Positions 9,998 through 19,856 of a DNA stretch of 64,000 bases are shown here, piece by piece (the stretch's first letter is position 1; the number at the start of each line of letters is the position of its first letter). The stretch comes from Porticoccaceae bacterium (GTDB lineage: Bacteria > Pseudomonadota > Gammaproteobacteria > Pseudomonadales > Porticoccaceae), in NCBI GenBank assembly GCA_029248755.1, contig JAQWIR010000027.1, positions 2,480 to 66,479 of the forward strand, given 5' to 3'. The position numbers were made by a program, and so were the translations under genes. The notes under the pieces were generated by a model. The model searched no databases. It saw only the letters and a list, made by a program, of their open reading frames with translations, and was not told the DNA's origin.

Positions 9998-10539
9998 CTA
10001 ACAAGGCGATTTTTTTAGATAGAGACGGGGTGATCAATGTCGACCATGCCTATGTGCACAAGGTGGAAGACTTTGACTTTATGCCAGGTATTTTCGAGCT
10101 TTGCCAGCATCTAAAGGGCCTTGGTTATCGGCTAATTATTGTCACCAATCAGTCGGGGATTGGCCGTGGCTATTATTCAGAGGATGATTTTTTAACGCTT
10201 TCTGAGTGGATGAAGTCGAAATTTATAGATAATCAGTGCGAAATAGATGCCCTATACTACAGTCCATATCATCCTGAAAAAGCCAAACCACCCTATTTGA
10301 AAAATAGCGAATGTCGCAAGCCTGGCCCAGGAATGCTACTTCAAGCGATTAAAGACTTTGATTTAGAGGCAAGGCATTGCGCCATGATTGGCGATAATGA
10401 AACAGATATACAAGCGGCTAAGGCAGCCGGCCTTGGCCGATCAATCCTATTGGATATAGAGAATAAAAGCTTGAATGGCAGCAGCAGTGATGCCAGCGAG
10501 GTATGGCACAGCCTTTTAGAGGGCCTTAAGCGCTTTTAG
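9994..10539 (+). CDS. gmhB: D-glycero-D-manno-heptose 1,7-bisphosphate phosphatase
   Basis: FLDRDGVIN, TNQSGIGRG, RKPGPGM and IGD HAD motifs. Confidence 0.95.
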   Translation: MTNKAIFLDRDGVINVDHAYVHKVEDFDFMPGIFELCQHLKGLGYRLIIVTNQSGIGRGYYSEDDFLTLSEWMKSKFIDNQCEIDALYYSPYHPEKAKPPYLKNSECRKPGPGMLLQAIKDFDLEARHCAMIGDNETDIQAAKAAGLGRSILLDIENKSLNGSSSDASEVWHSLLEGLKRF

Positions 10540-10551
10540 AGCTCAATATAT

Positions 10552-11337
10552 TTAACCCTTTTGCTTGTAATTGAGCGACAGGCAAAAAAGTAGCGTGGCA
10601 CTGATCACAATTGACGGCCCTGCGGGTGTATCTACGTACCATGAGGTGGCTAAACCTGATACTACGGAAAGCATCGCTACCAAACTAGCAATAACAGCCA
10701 TAGACTCGGGCGTGGCGCTTATTCTGCGCGCTGTAGCCGCCGGAATAATCAATAAAGCGGTAATTAATAGCACACCAACTATTTTCATTGCAATGGCGAT
10801 CACTAGTGCAGTGATGACCATTAGCGCAGTTCTGACACGGGCTACATTAACGCCCTCAACTGCCGCTAGCTCAGGTTCCACAGTAATGTTGATAAGCGAC
10901 TTCCACAGGGTTGCTAATAAAAGGATAGCCACACCAGCGCCTAAGTAAATAACCATTAGATCGGCTTTAGTCACTGACAGTAAGTCGCCAAATAATAACG
11001 ACATTAAATCTACCCTAACGTCCGATAGCAATGAAATTACCACCAGTCCAGCGGCTAAGGATGAATGGGAAAGTATTCCCAGTAGGGTATCTAGAGCCAA
11101 AACTTCCTGCTGCTCTAGGGCGACCAGTCCCAGCGCCATTAAAAGGCAGATAAGGGTCACGGCAATACCAAGATCGATATTTAATAATACACCCATGGCA
11201 ACGCCTAAAAGCGCACTATGGGCTAGGGTATCACCAAAATATGCCATGCGACGCCAAACCACAAAACAGCCTAGAGGCCCAGCTACAGCTGCAACACCAA
11301 TCCCGGCGAGCAATGCATAGAGAAGAAAATCAATCAT
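10552..11337 (-). CDS. znuB: Zinc ABC transporter permease
   Basis: GCFVVWRRMAYFGDTLAHSALLG and DTPAGPSIV; ATG 11337 overlaps the znuC end. Confidence 0.95.
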   Translation of the reverse strand: MIDFLLYALLAGIGVAAVAGPLGCFVVWRRMAYFGDTLAHSALLGVAMGVLLNIDLGIAVTLICLLMALGLVALEQQEVLALDTLLGILSHSSLAAGLVVISLLSDVRVDLMSLLFGDLLSVTKADLMVIYLGAGVAILLLATLWKSLINITVEPELAAVEGVNVARVRTALMVITALVIAIAMKIVGVLLITALLIIPAATARRISATPESMAVIASLVAMLSVVSGLATSWYVDTPAGPSIVISATLLFCLSLNYKQKG

Positions 11338-12091
11338 GTTGGCACCCACCCCCAGGCTGATGGTTGCCATCGGCATCCAACACTTTACCCTGTATGTTGT
11401 GTTGATGATTGTGCTGGTGATTATAAAGTGCAGTTTCGCCAAAAATATCTAAATATGCAGGGTCTTGGGTCACCTGTTCGGGTTTACCCTGACAGCAAAT
11501 ATGATGGTTTAGGCAAATTACATGGTCTGTTGCCGACATCACTAGATGCAAATCATGTGACACCATAACAATACCGCAATTAAGGGATGATCTTAGCTCC
11601 CCTATTAGCTCATACAGTTCGTTTTGACCGTTGAAATCAACGCCTTGAACCGGTTCATCTAGTATTAGCAAGTTCGGTTGGCGCAAAATTGCTCTAGCTA
11701 AAAGTGCGCGCTGCATTTCGCCACCAGAAAGTTTGTGTAACGGCGTATGTTTAACATCAGGTATACCCACCTGCTCAAGCGCTTTATTGCAATCTTCAAG
11801 GGAGGCATTAGCGAGTTGCAAAAATCTACAGGTAGAAATGGGTAGGGTTGGGTCAATATGTATTTTTTGCGGCATATATCCAATTATAAGATCCTCAGCA
11901 CGGCTTATTTTTCCTGAATCTGGCGAAATAAGACCCAAAATCAGCCTGGCTAAAGATGATTTTCCGGCACCATTGGGGCCAATAAGTGTGGTAATCTCAC
12001 CCCTATTCACCGTCATTGATATATTTTGCAAGATTGTTTTATCTGTAAAGGACTTACTAACTGATTTAAGCTGTATGAGGTAATTATTCAT
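11330..12091 (-). CDS. znuC: Zinc ABC transporter ATPase
   Basis: GPNGAGKS, LSGGE, DEPVQGVD, CLNHHICC and a His-rich tail. Confidence 0.95.
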   Translation of the reverse strand: MNNYLIQLKSVSKSFTDKTILQNISMTVNRGEITTLIGPNGAGKSSLARLILGLISPDSGKISRAEDLIIGYMPQKIHIDPTLPISTCRFLQLANASLEDCNKALEQVGIPDVKHTPLHKLSGGEMQRALLARAILRQPNLLILDEPVQGVDFNGQNELYELIGELRSSLNCGIVMVSHDLHLVMSATDHVICLNHHICCQGKPEQVTQDPAYLDIFGETALYNHQHNHQHNIQGKVLDADGNHQPGGGCQHD

Positions 12092-12581
12092 GGTTTTCTC
12101 CAGACTCACAATTAGGACAAAGCCCAGTTAACTCAATGGTTTGGTGCTTAAGTTTAAATTTAGCCTTACCGCTAAGTGACTCAAGCAAATGATTAACCTT
12201 ATTATCGGCCATTTCTGCTACAGTTTTACATTGTTCGCAAATTAAAAAGATATTACTGTGTTCACTGCTGGGAAACGGACAGCCAATAAACGCGTTTAAC
12301 GATGGGATTTTGTGAACCAGCCCATGTTCTATAAGGAATTCAAGGGCACGATAAATAGTGGGGGGTGCAACCGGTTTATCTGTAATCTTGGTAAGCTGTT
12401 GCTGTAACTGATAGGCGCCTAGCGGCTGATGGCTTTGCCAAAGTAACTTTAATATAGATTCTCTGGTGCTAGTTAAACGAACATTAGCGCTTTCACAGAT
12501 TTCATGAGCTCGAGCAATAGCCGCATTTAAAGAGCGAACATGATCGTGAGGCTGATATACTAGGCGCGCATTAGTGAGCAT
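12084..12581 (-). CDS. zur: Zinc uptake regulator (Fur family)
   Basis: PPTIYRALEFL, LVHKI, CEQC and CPNC; first gene of znuCB. Confidence 0.92.
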   Translation of the reverse strand: MLTNARLVYQPHDHVRSLNAAIARAHEICESANVRLTSTRESILKLLWQSHQPLGAYQLQQQLTKITDKPVAPPTIYRALEFLIEHGLVHKIPSLNAFIGCPFPSSEHSNIFLICEQCKTVAEMADNKVNHLLESLSGKAKFKLKHQTIELTGLCPNCESGENHE

Positions 12582-12602
12582 AAATAACCCGTTCAATTTA
12601 TA

Positions 12603-12625
12603 GTTATGTTATAATATAACACAAG
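12603..12625. promoter_or_regulatory. Zur box
   Basis: Perfect 7-1-7 palindrome TGTTATA-A-TATAACA (12607-12621) matches the gammaproteobacterial Zur consensus and lies between the divergent zur and znuA. Confidence 0.9.
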
Positions 12626-12688
12626 AGAAAAGCTTTAAAAAAGCAATAAACTATATTTTTTAAATAATTAATTGGTAAAATTTATATA

Positions 12689-13579
12689 ATGAAACATTAT
12701 AACATTGCATTTTATTATTTTGGCTTGGCTTTTTTATTTGGCAATATTGCCTTCACTGTTCCTGCTTCAGCCCAAGAAAGCTCAAAACCAGTAGTCGTAA
12801 CAAGCATTAAGCCCTTGGCTATTATCGCCAAATCTGCCCTTCAAGATAGCGCAACCGTTGAATTTATCATGCCGCCTGCATTATCACCCCATGATTACGT
12901 TTTAAAACTGTCTGATGTTAGAAAACTTGCCGGCGCTGATGCAGTTCTTTGGATTGGGTCGGAGTTTGAAATAAGAGGGGCAAAGCAATTCCTAGCCATT
13001 CCTGAAAAAAAGCGCATAACCGCTATGAATATTCTTAATTTAAGCTCTAAAAGTAACTCTGCGCAAAGCGATGAAGTACATTTAACCGATCATCATCATG
13101 ATAATGGCGTTGATCCCCATATTTGGTTATCCCCTGTGCTCGCTAACCAATTAGCGGAAAAAATATTGAGGCATTTTGGCCTTCCCGTTGAACAAATATT
13201 TAGCAATGGTAGTAGAAAGGTACTAGAAGACCTTCTCGCGCCAGTAAAAAACAAAAGTTATATTGTTCATCATCAGGGAATTGGCCATTTTATTGATGCT
13301 TTCAAGCTAAAGCCGGCATTGTCGATTCGCGATATGCTAGGCAAGCAGCAGGGCGCCAAAACCCAATATAATTTACGCTTAGAAGGAAAAAAAAATGCAG
13401 TTAGTTGTGTATTTATAGAGCCACAACACGGGGATAAAGACGCTAAAGCGATTGCCAAAGACCTTTCAATTCCAACAGCATCCATAGACATACTTGCGGT
13501 GGCATCAGGTGACCAATTGCCGAGCTATGAGTCTTATATCTATGGTTTAGCAAAGCAATTTATCAACTGCTTTCAATAA
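12689..13579 (+). CDS. znuA: Zinc ABC transporter periplasmic binding protein
   Basis: Signal peptide; TSIKPL, SPHDY, HHHD...DPHIWLSP and CVFIEPQ. Confidence 0.92.
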   Translation: MKHYNIAFYYFGLAFLFGNIAFTVPASAQESSKPVVVTSIKPLAIIAKSALQDSATVEFIMPPALSPHDYVLKLSDVRKLAGADAVLWIGSEFEIRGAKQFLAIPEKKRITAMNILNLSSKSNSAQSDEVHLTDHHHDNGVDPHIWLSPVLANQLAEKILRHFGLPVEQIFSNGSRKVLEDLLAPVKNKSYIVHHQGIGHFIDAFKLKPALSIRDMLGKQQGAKTQYNLRLEGKKNAVSCVFIEPQHGDKDAKAIAKDLSIPTASIDILAVASGDQLPSYESYIYGLAKQFINCFQ

Positions 13580-13630
13580 TTGATGTATTATTAATTGAAA
13601 TGATAAAACATCAGGCAATTAAGGCTAATT

Positions 13631-16390
13631 ATGGCTAAAAAAGTACCACTCATTCTTGTTGATGGCTCATCCTATCTATACCGCGCTTTTCATGCGCTAC
13701 CGCCATTAACTAATAGCAAAGGGATGCCAACCGGCGCTGTTAAGGGCGTTATAAACATGATGCGGCGCCTGCAAAAAGACTATCCCAATAGTACAACGGC
13801 GGTTATTTTTGACGCTAAAGGCAAAACATTTCGTGATGAAATATACAGTGAATATAAGGCTAATCGGCCACCTATGCCGGACGAGTTGCGATCACAAATA
13901 GAGCCAATTCACAGTATTATAAAAGCTATGGGTATGCCCCTTATTAGCATTGAAGGCGTAGAGGCAGACGATGTTATAGGGACCTATGCGGTTCAGGCTA
14001 CACAGCAACAGCAACCTGTGGTTATCTCGACTGGGGATAAAGATATAGCCCAACTCGTGAACGAGCATATCAGCTTGGTCAACACTATGACCAACACATT
14101 TTTGGATAGGGAAGGGGTGATATCAAAATTCGGAATACCTCCGGAACTAATTATTGATTACTTAGCCCTTTTAGGCGATAAATCGGACAATATTCCTGGT
14201 GTTCCTGGGGTTGGGGAAAAAACTGCGTTAGGACTATTACAGGGCCTAGGCGGTCTAGATGCTATTTATCAGCGCCTTGATGAGGTTGCAGAGCTCAGTT
14301 TTCGCGGCGCTAAAACCATGGCAGCCAAACTAGAGGAACACAAAGAGCTCGCTTACCTTTCTTATACTTTAGCGACTATAAAAACCGATGTTGTAGTTGA
14401 TTTAAATGTCGAGCAATTGGCTAATCAAGCGCCAGACTCCGATAAATTATTAAGCCAGTTTCAAGATTTGGAATTTAAAACCTGGATTAATGAACTTAGT
14501 AGTCCTGAAAGTGAAAATAAGACCGCTGACGTTGCTGTAAAAAAGGACGGTGAAACACAGGTAACCCCAAGTGAGCCAGACACAATACAGTATGAAACTA
14601 TTTTAGATTCCCAGCAGTTTTCTATATGGCTAGATAGGCTACAAAATTGCTCGCTTTTAGCGGTGGATACAGAGACGACCAGCCTAAATTATATGATTGC
14701 AGACCTGGTTGGAATCAGCGTCGCTGTTGATCCTGGACGTGCTGCCTATATCCCATTCGGACATGATTATTTAGGTGTGCCGGATCAGTTATCCAGAGAA
14801 ACTGTTCTCAATGCAATGAAACCTATTCTTGAAAGCCGACAGATAAAAAAAGTAGGTCAAAACTTAAAATATGATATGAGCGTACTGGCGCAACATGGTA
14901 TTAATTTACAGGGAATTGCCTTTGATACTATGCTGGAGTCCTATGTCTTAGACAGTGTTGCCACACGACATGATATGGACAGTTTAGCCTTACATTATTT
15001 AGATAAACAAACGACAAGTTTTACTGATATTGCCGGTAAAGGTGTTTCACAGCTGACTTTTAATCAAATAGCATTGGAGCAGGCCGGTCCTTATGCTGCG
15101 GAAGATGCAGACATTACCCTTCGCCTACATCAGGCTTTGTGGTCGCAGGTCAAAGAACAATTACCACTTAAAACCCTATTTCAAGAAATTGAATTACCCT
15201 TGATAAAAGTGCTATCTAAGATTGAGCGAACAGGGGCCCTTATTGATGACACCTTGTTATTTCAGCAGAGCCAGGAGCTAGCAGAAAGACTGGCTGAACT
15301 TGAGACTCAGGCATGGGATTTAGCGGGTCAGCAGTTTAATTTAGCCTCGCCCAAGCAGTTAGCAGAAATTTTATTTGAAAAATTAGAAATACCAGTTATA
15401 AAGAAAACAGCAAAAGGTGCGCCTTCTACTAAAGAGGAAGTACTTCAAGAGTTGGCATTGGATTATCCCCTGCCTAAGGTGCTTTTAGAGCATCGCGGGC
15501 TAGCCAAGTTAAAATCTACCTACACTGATAAGCTGCCCATAATGATTAACCCCGCCACCAAGAGAATTCACACCTCTTATCATCAGGCGGGAACGGCAAC
15601 AGGCAGATTGTCTTCTTCAGACCCCAACTTGCAAAATATTCCCATTCGCACCGCTGAAGGCCGCCGTGTAAGGCAAGCATTTATAGCGCCTCCAGGGCAT
15701 CGATTGGTAGCTGCTGATTACTCACAAATTGAATTGCGAATAATGGCGCACTTGTCAGGTGATCAAAATCTACTTAAGGCATTTCAGCAGGGACAAGATG
15801 TTCATAGAGCTACCGCAGCTGAGGTTTTTGGTGTCAACCTAGCTCAAGTAACAACAGACCAACGTCGCAGTGCAAAAGCTATTAATTTTGGTTTAATTTA
15901 TGGTATGTCTGCCTTCGGGTTGGCCCGCCAATTAAATATCAGTCGCAAGCAGGCGGCCGAATATATAGAGCTTTATTTTCAGCGTTACCCAGGGGTGCAA
16001 AATTATATGAATCAAGTTCGCCATCTGGCAGCGGAAAATGGCTATGTTGAAACCCACTTTGGCAGAAGGCTTTATTTGCCAGAGATTAATAGTAGTAATG
16101 GAATGCGACGTCAGGCAGCAGAGCGCACCGCTATCAATGCTCCCATGCAGGGAACAGCGGCGGATATTATTAAGTTAGCGATGATCAATGTGGATAATTG
16201 GCTTCAAACTAACCAGCTTAAAAGTCGCATGATTATGCAGGTTCATGATGAGCTAGTGCTTGAGGTACCAGAAGACGAATATAAACAAGTCGTATTAGGC
16301 GTTACAGAATGCATGGAATCTGCCGCTAGCTTACAAGTTAAATTAGTAGTAGACGTAGGAGATGGGGTCAATTGGGATGAGGCCCATTAA
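13631..16390 (+). CDS. polA: DNA polymerase I
   Basis: 5'-exonuclease [11 protein letters not shown], 3'-exonuclease DTETT, polymerase motifs [19 protein letters not shown] and VHDEL. Confidence 0.99.
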   Translation: MAKKVPLILVDGSSYLYRAFHALPPLTNSKGMPTGAVKGVINMMRRLQKDYPNSTTAVIFDAKGKTFRDEIYSEYKANRPPMPDELRSQIEPIHSIIKAMGMPLISIEGVEADDVIGTYAVQATQQQQPVVISTGDKDIAQLVNEHISLVNTMTNTFLDREGVISKFGIPPELIIDYLALLGDKSDNIPGVPGVGEKTALGLLQGLGGLDAIYQRLDEVAELSFRGAKTMAAKLEEHKELAYLSYTLATIKTDVVVDLNVEQLANQAPDSDKLLSQFQDLEFKTWINELSSPESENKTADVAVKKDGETQVTPSEPDTIQYETILDSQQFSIWLDRLQNCSLLAVDTETTSLNYMIADLVGISVAVDPGRAAYIPFGHDYLGVPDQLSRETVLNAMKPILESRQIKKVGQNLKYDMSVLAQHGINLQGIAFDTMLESYVLDSVATRHDMDSLALHYLDKQTTSFTDIAGKGVSQLTFNQIALEQAGPYAAEDADITLRLHQALWSQVKEQLPLKTLFQEIELPLIKVLSKIERTGALIDDTLLFQQSQELAERLAELETQAWDLAGQQFNLASPKQLAEILFEKLEIPVIKKTAKGAPSTKEEVLQELALDYPLPKVLLEHRGLAKLKSTYTDKLPIMINPATKRIHTSYHQAGTATGRLSSSDPNLQNIPIRTAEGRRVRQAFIAPPGHRLVAADYSQIELRIMAHLSGDQNLLKAFQQGQDVHRATAAEVFGVNLAQVTTDQRRSAKAINFGLIYGMSAFGLARQLNISRKQAAEYIELYFQRYPGVQNYMNQVRHLAAENGYVETHFGRRLYLPEINSSNGMRRQAAERTAINAPMQGTAADIIKLAMINVDNWLQTNQLKSRMIMQVHDELVLEVPEDEYKQVVLGVTECMESAASLQVKLVVDVGDGVNWDEAH

Positions 16391-16410
16391 ATTTTTATTA
16401 AATAAAAATT

Positions 16411-16436
16411 GAACTTATTGCAAAAGCGCTGTCTAA
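16411..16436 (+). promoter_or_regulatory. Putative sigmaE (RpoE/AlgU) promoter
   Basis: GAACTT-15 nt-TCTAA preceded by an AT-rich tract; the consensus spacer is usually 16. Confidence 0.55.
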
Positions 16437-16442
16437 ATCTAT

Positions 16443-16538
16443 GCAAGCAATAAAAAATTCTCTTCCCCTAGTGAGAATGGCATGTAATCTCTCCGAGCAA
16501 TAACAGACCCTGAATCAATTTGATCAGGGTCTTTTTTT
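16443..16538 (+). ncRNA. Putative Hfq-type sRNA at the Spot42/ErsA locus
   Basis: Promoter upstream, hairpin ATTCTC-TTCCCCTAGT-GAGAAT, and an intrinsic terminator; position polA->sRNA<-engB. Ends are estimated. Confidence 0.55.
16505..16538 (+). terminator. Rho-independent terminator
   Basis: AGACCCTGA...TCAGGGTCT stem followed by a T run. Confidence 0.85.
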
Positions 16539-16545
16539 ATCCACC

Positions 16546-17145
16546 TCAATCACTTAGCCAGCTAATTAATTTTTGTTCTAATTCTGGCAATCCAGTTTTT
16601 TTCAATGATGAAAAAATTTGGGCACTTAATAGGGTACAACCCGGATCCATATCGCGAAGTAATTTTTCGACGCCTAGCAGAGAATTCAAAGCTGGACCGC
16701 GTTTAAGTTTGTCTGCTTTGGTCAGTAAAATATGCACAGGAAGGCCTGCCTGTGCCGCCCAATTTAGCATTTGTCGATCATAGTCTTGTAGTGGATGTCG
16801 AATATCCATTAGAAGCACCAGCCCAGATAAGCTATTACGGTTTTGTAAATATTCAGCTAAATTTCTATCCCATTTAGCTTTTATAGCTTTTGGCACCTTG
16901 GCATAGCCATAACCGGGGAGATCAACCAGTCGCTTTTCGGGCTCTATCTCAAAGTGATTAATTAGCTGAGTACGACCCGGCGTCTTGCTGGTACGGGCAA
17001 GGCCTTTATTGCGAGTCAAAGTATTGATTGCACTAGATTTGCCAGCATTGGAGCGCCCGGCAAAGGCCACTTCACAGCCCCTATCATCGGGACATTGCTT
17101 CAATGTTTGAGCGCTAATTAAGAATTCAACTGTATTAAAGTTCAC
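16546..17145 (-). CDS. engB: Ribosome biogenesis GTPase EngB/YihA
   Basis: GRSNAGKS, SKTPGRT, DLPGYG and TKADK. Confidence 0.97.
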   Translation of the reverse strand: MNFNTVEFLISAQTLKQCPDDRGCEVAFAGRSNAGKSSAINTLTRNKGLARTSKTPGRTQLINHFEIEPEKRLVDLPGYGYAKVPKAIKAKWDRNLAEYLQNRNSLSGLVLLMDIRHPLQDYDRQMLNWAAQAGLPVHILLTKADKLKRGPALNSLLGVEKLLRDMDPGCTLLSAQIFSSLKKTGLPELEQKLISWLSD

Positions 17146-17315
17146 TTTTTTATAATCCGTGGTAAAGACATTGTAATATGGCTTAAGAAAAATAGCTTAA
17201 TGGTATATAATGCGCGCGCTACAATTCATTGTGTTAACTACCTTTTACAGGTTCACGCGTATATCTTATCAAATACGCTCGACCATTCTAACGTATAGTG
17301 AGATTTGTAATAACC

Positions 17316-17954
17316 ATGAAAAGAATCTTTTTTGTTTTTGGCCTAATTGCTTTGTTTTTAACCACACCTGTTTTGGCGGGTGGAGATGCTGCAGCGGGAA
17401 AGTTGAAAACAGTTAGCTGTGCTGGTTGCCACGGACAAGACGGTAATAGTGCTATTGCTGCCTTTCCAAAACTGTCAGGACTTGGTGAAAAATATTTAAC
17501 TTCCCAGTTACGACATATTAAAGCGGGTGAGCGGGTCATTTCCGAAATGACTGGAATACTTGATTATATGTCTGATCAAGATTTGCAAGATATGGCTGCT
17601 TATTACAATAGCAAAGAAATTCAGATTTCTGGCGCAAAAGAAATAACACTCATTGGTATCAATGATCCCAAAAAAGTTCTTGAGATGGGTGAAAATCTTT
17701 ATCGCGCTGGTAATTTAAAAACAGGTGTTGCCGCTTGTGTAGCCTGTCATTCGCCATCTGGCAAAGGTAATGGCCCTGCAGGATATCCTGCATTGGGCGG
17801 ACAGTATGCAGAATATACAGAAAAACAATTGTTGGCCTATCGTAGCGGCGAGCGCAATTCAGGCGCTAATGCAAAAATAATGCAGGGTGTTGCAAAAGCG
17901 CTTAGCAATAAAGAGATTAAGGCATTGGCAAATTATATCTCTGGATTGAACTAA
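17316..17954 (+). CDS. Diheme cytochrome c4
   Basis: Signal peptide and two CxxCH motifs (CAGCH, CVACH); conserved engB-c4-dsbA order. Confidence 0.92.
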   Translation: MKRIFFVFGLIALFLTTPVLAGGDAAAGKLKTVSCAGCHGQDGNSAIAAFPKLSGLGEKYLTSQLRHIKAGERVISEMTGILDYMSDQDLQDMAAYYNSKEIQISGAKEITLIGINDPKKVLEMGENLYRAGNLKTGVAACVACHSPSGKGNGPAGYPALGGQYAEYTEKQLLAYRSGERNSGANAKIMQGVAKALSNKEIKALANYISGLN

Positions 17955-17990
17955 TCTATAATTAAGCCAAACTTTTGTGTTAGGAGAAAT

Positions 17991-18632
17991 GTGATGTTGT
18001 GGATTAAACGTATTGTTTTTGCATTAACCTTGTTGCCATTGGCCATGTGCCAAGCGGCCGAAGAAAAATTTATAGCGGGTGAGCACTATGATGTACTTCC
18101 CCAGCAGGTAAGAACAGCAAATGCGGATAAAATTGAAGTGAATGAGGTGTTCGCCTACAGCTGTGGCCACTGCTTTAATTTTCAAGCAGAACTTCATCCG
18201 TGGGTTAACACACTACCAGCGGACGTTGATTTTCAGAGTACACCCGCAATTTGGCAAGCCAAAATGGAACCTTATGCGCGCGCTTATTATGCGGCCAAAA
18301 TTTTAAAGACTTTGGATAAGGTGCATATGCCAATTTTTGAGGCAATTCACATACAGAAAAAACCCGTCAAGAGTGAGACAGATTTTGCTGAGATCTTTAT
18401 CGCTAACGGTGTTGATAAAGAAAAGTTTGCTAGTGCCTTTAACTCTTTTGGCACCACAAGTATGTTAACTCAGGCTAAGTCTAGAGTTCGTGCCTATAAA
18501 GTCCGCGGTACGCCGGAAATTATTGTGAACGGGAAATACCGTGTCAGCTCAACAAAGGCGGGCGGTTTCTCTGGCATGCTTAAAGTGGCCGAGTTCTTAA
18601 TAGATAAAGAGCGCAAATTAAAGGCTAAATAA
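17991..18632 (+). CDS. dsbA: Thiol:disulfide interchange protein
   Basis: Signal peptide, CGHC active site and cis-Pro loop RGTP...VNGKY. Confidence 0.92.
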   Translation: MMLWIKRIVFALTLLPLAMCQAAEEKFIAGEHYDVLPQQVRTANADKIEVNEVFAYSCGHCFNFQAELHPWVNTLPADVDFQSTPAIWQAKMEPYARAYYAAKILKTLDKVHMPIFEAIHIQKKPVKSETDFAEIFIANGVDKEKFASAFNSFGTTSMLTQAKSRVRAYKVRGTPEIIVNGKYRVSSTKAGGFSGMLKVAEFLIDKERKLKAK

Positions 18633-18714
18633 ATTTCTGTAAAACTACATAATCAAGAGTTAATATAACGCCCCTTTTTATATTGGGCACAAGGGTATTA
18701 TCAAAGAAAAAATT

Positions 18715-19830
18715 ATGAAACCAACAATTAAACCGAACAATCCAAATTTTTCTTCAGGACCATGCTCAAAAAGGCCGGGTTACAGTGTTGATAAGTTGCA
18801 ACTCGATACTTTGGGGCGCTCCCATCGCTCATCAATTGGCAAGCAAGCACTAGGTAAAGCCTGTGAGCAGACAGCCGAAATTCTCGGGTTACCAGAGGGT
18901 TACCGAGTGGGTGTAGTTCCAGCATCAGACACCGGTGCCGTTGAGATGATCATGTGGTCAGTGTTGGGCGCTCGTCCGGTTGATATTTTTGCTTGGGAAT
19001 CTTTTGGTCGTGGCTGGCTAACGGATGCGGTAAAGCAGTTAAAGCTGGATAACTTGAACAGCTATACAGCAGATTATGGTTTATTGCCGGATTTAACGCA
19101 GGCTAATCCTGATAATGACTGTATCTTTACATGGAATGGCACCACCTCAGGTGTAAAAGTCCCCAATGCCGATTGGATTAGTGATGATAGAACTGGTTTG
19201 ACCATCTGTGATGCTACCTCTGCAGTATTTGCTATGGATATGCCATGGGAAAAACTAGATGTTGTCACCTATAGCTGGCAAAAAGTTCTGGGTGGTGAGG
19301 GTGCTCATGGTATGTTAATTCTCAGCCCAAGAGCGGTTGAAAGGCTAGAGAGCTATACTCCGCCGTGGCCACTTCCAAAAATTTTCCGTCTTACTAAAGC
19401 TGGTAAGTTAATTGACGGTATCTTTCGTGGTGCCACGATTAATACACCGTCCATGTTATGTGTTGCCGATTATTTAGACGCGTTGGATTGGGTTGATTCC
19501 ATCGGTGGGTTACCAGCGGCAATTGCTAAGTCCGAATCAAACTTGGCGGCTATAAAAGACTTCGTTGATTCGCGATCTTGGATTGATTTTCTAGCACAAC
19601 AACCTGAGCAAGTTTCAAATACCAGTGTGTGTTTAAGCTTAGAGCTAGAAGCCGATCAGGTGAAAAAAATGGTATCAATCCTTGCATCTGAAGAAGTTGC
19701 CTTTGATATAGGCGCCTATCGCGATGCTCCAGCTGGCCTGCGAATTTGGTGTGGTGCTACTGTGGAAAAGGCAGATGTAGAAGCTTTGTTACCCTGGCTA
19801 GAATGGGCCTATAACGAAGTAGCTCAATAA
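18715..19830 (+). CDS. serC: Phosphoserine aminotransferase (Methanosarcina/alphaproteobacterial type)
   Basis: [40 protein letters not shown] and LRIWCGAT. Confidence 0.93.
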   Translation: MKPTIKPNNPNFSSGPCSKRPGYSVDKLQLDTLGRSHRSSIGKQALGKACEQTAEILGLPEGYRVGVVPASDTGAVEMIMWSVLGARPVDIFAWESFGRGWLTDAVKQLKLDNLNSYTADYGLLPDLTQANPDNDCIFTWNGTTSGVKVPNADWISDDRTGLTICDATSAVFAMDMPWEKLDVVTYSWQKVLGGEGAHGMLILSPRAVERLESYTPPWPLPKIFRLTKAGKLIDGIFRGATINTPSMLCVADYLDALDWVDSIGGLPAAIAKSESNLAAIKDFVDSRSWIDFLAQQPEQVSNTSVCLSLELEADQVKKMVSILASEEVAFDIGAYRDAPAGLRIWCGATVEKADVEALLPWLEWAYNEVAQ

Positions 19831-19856
19831 TTGAAAAGAACTAATAGAGATTAAAT

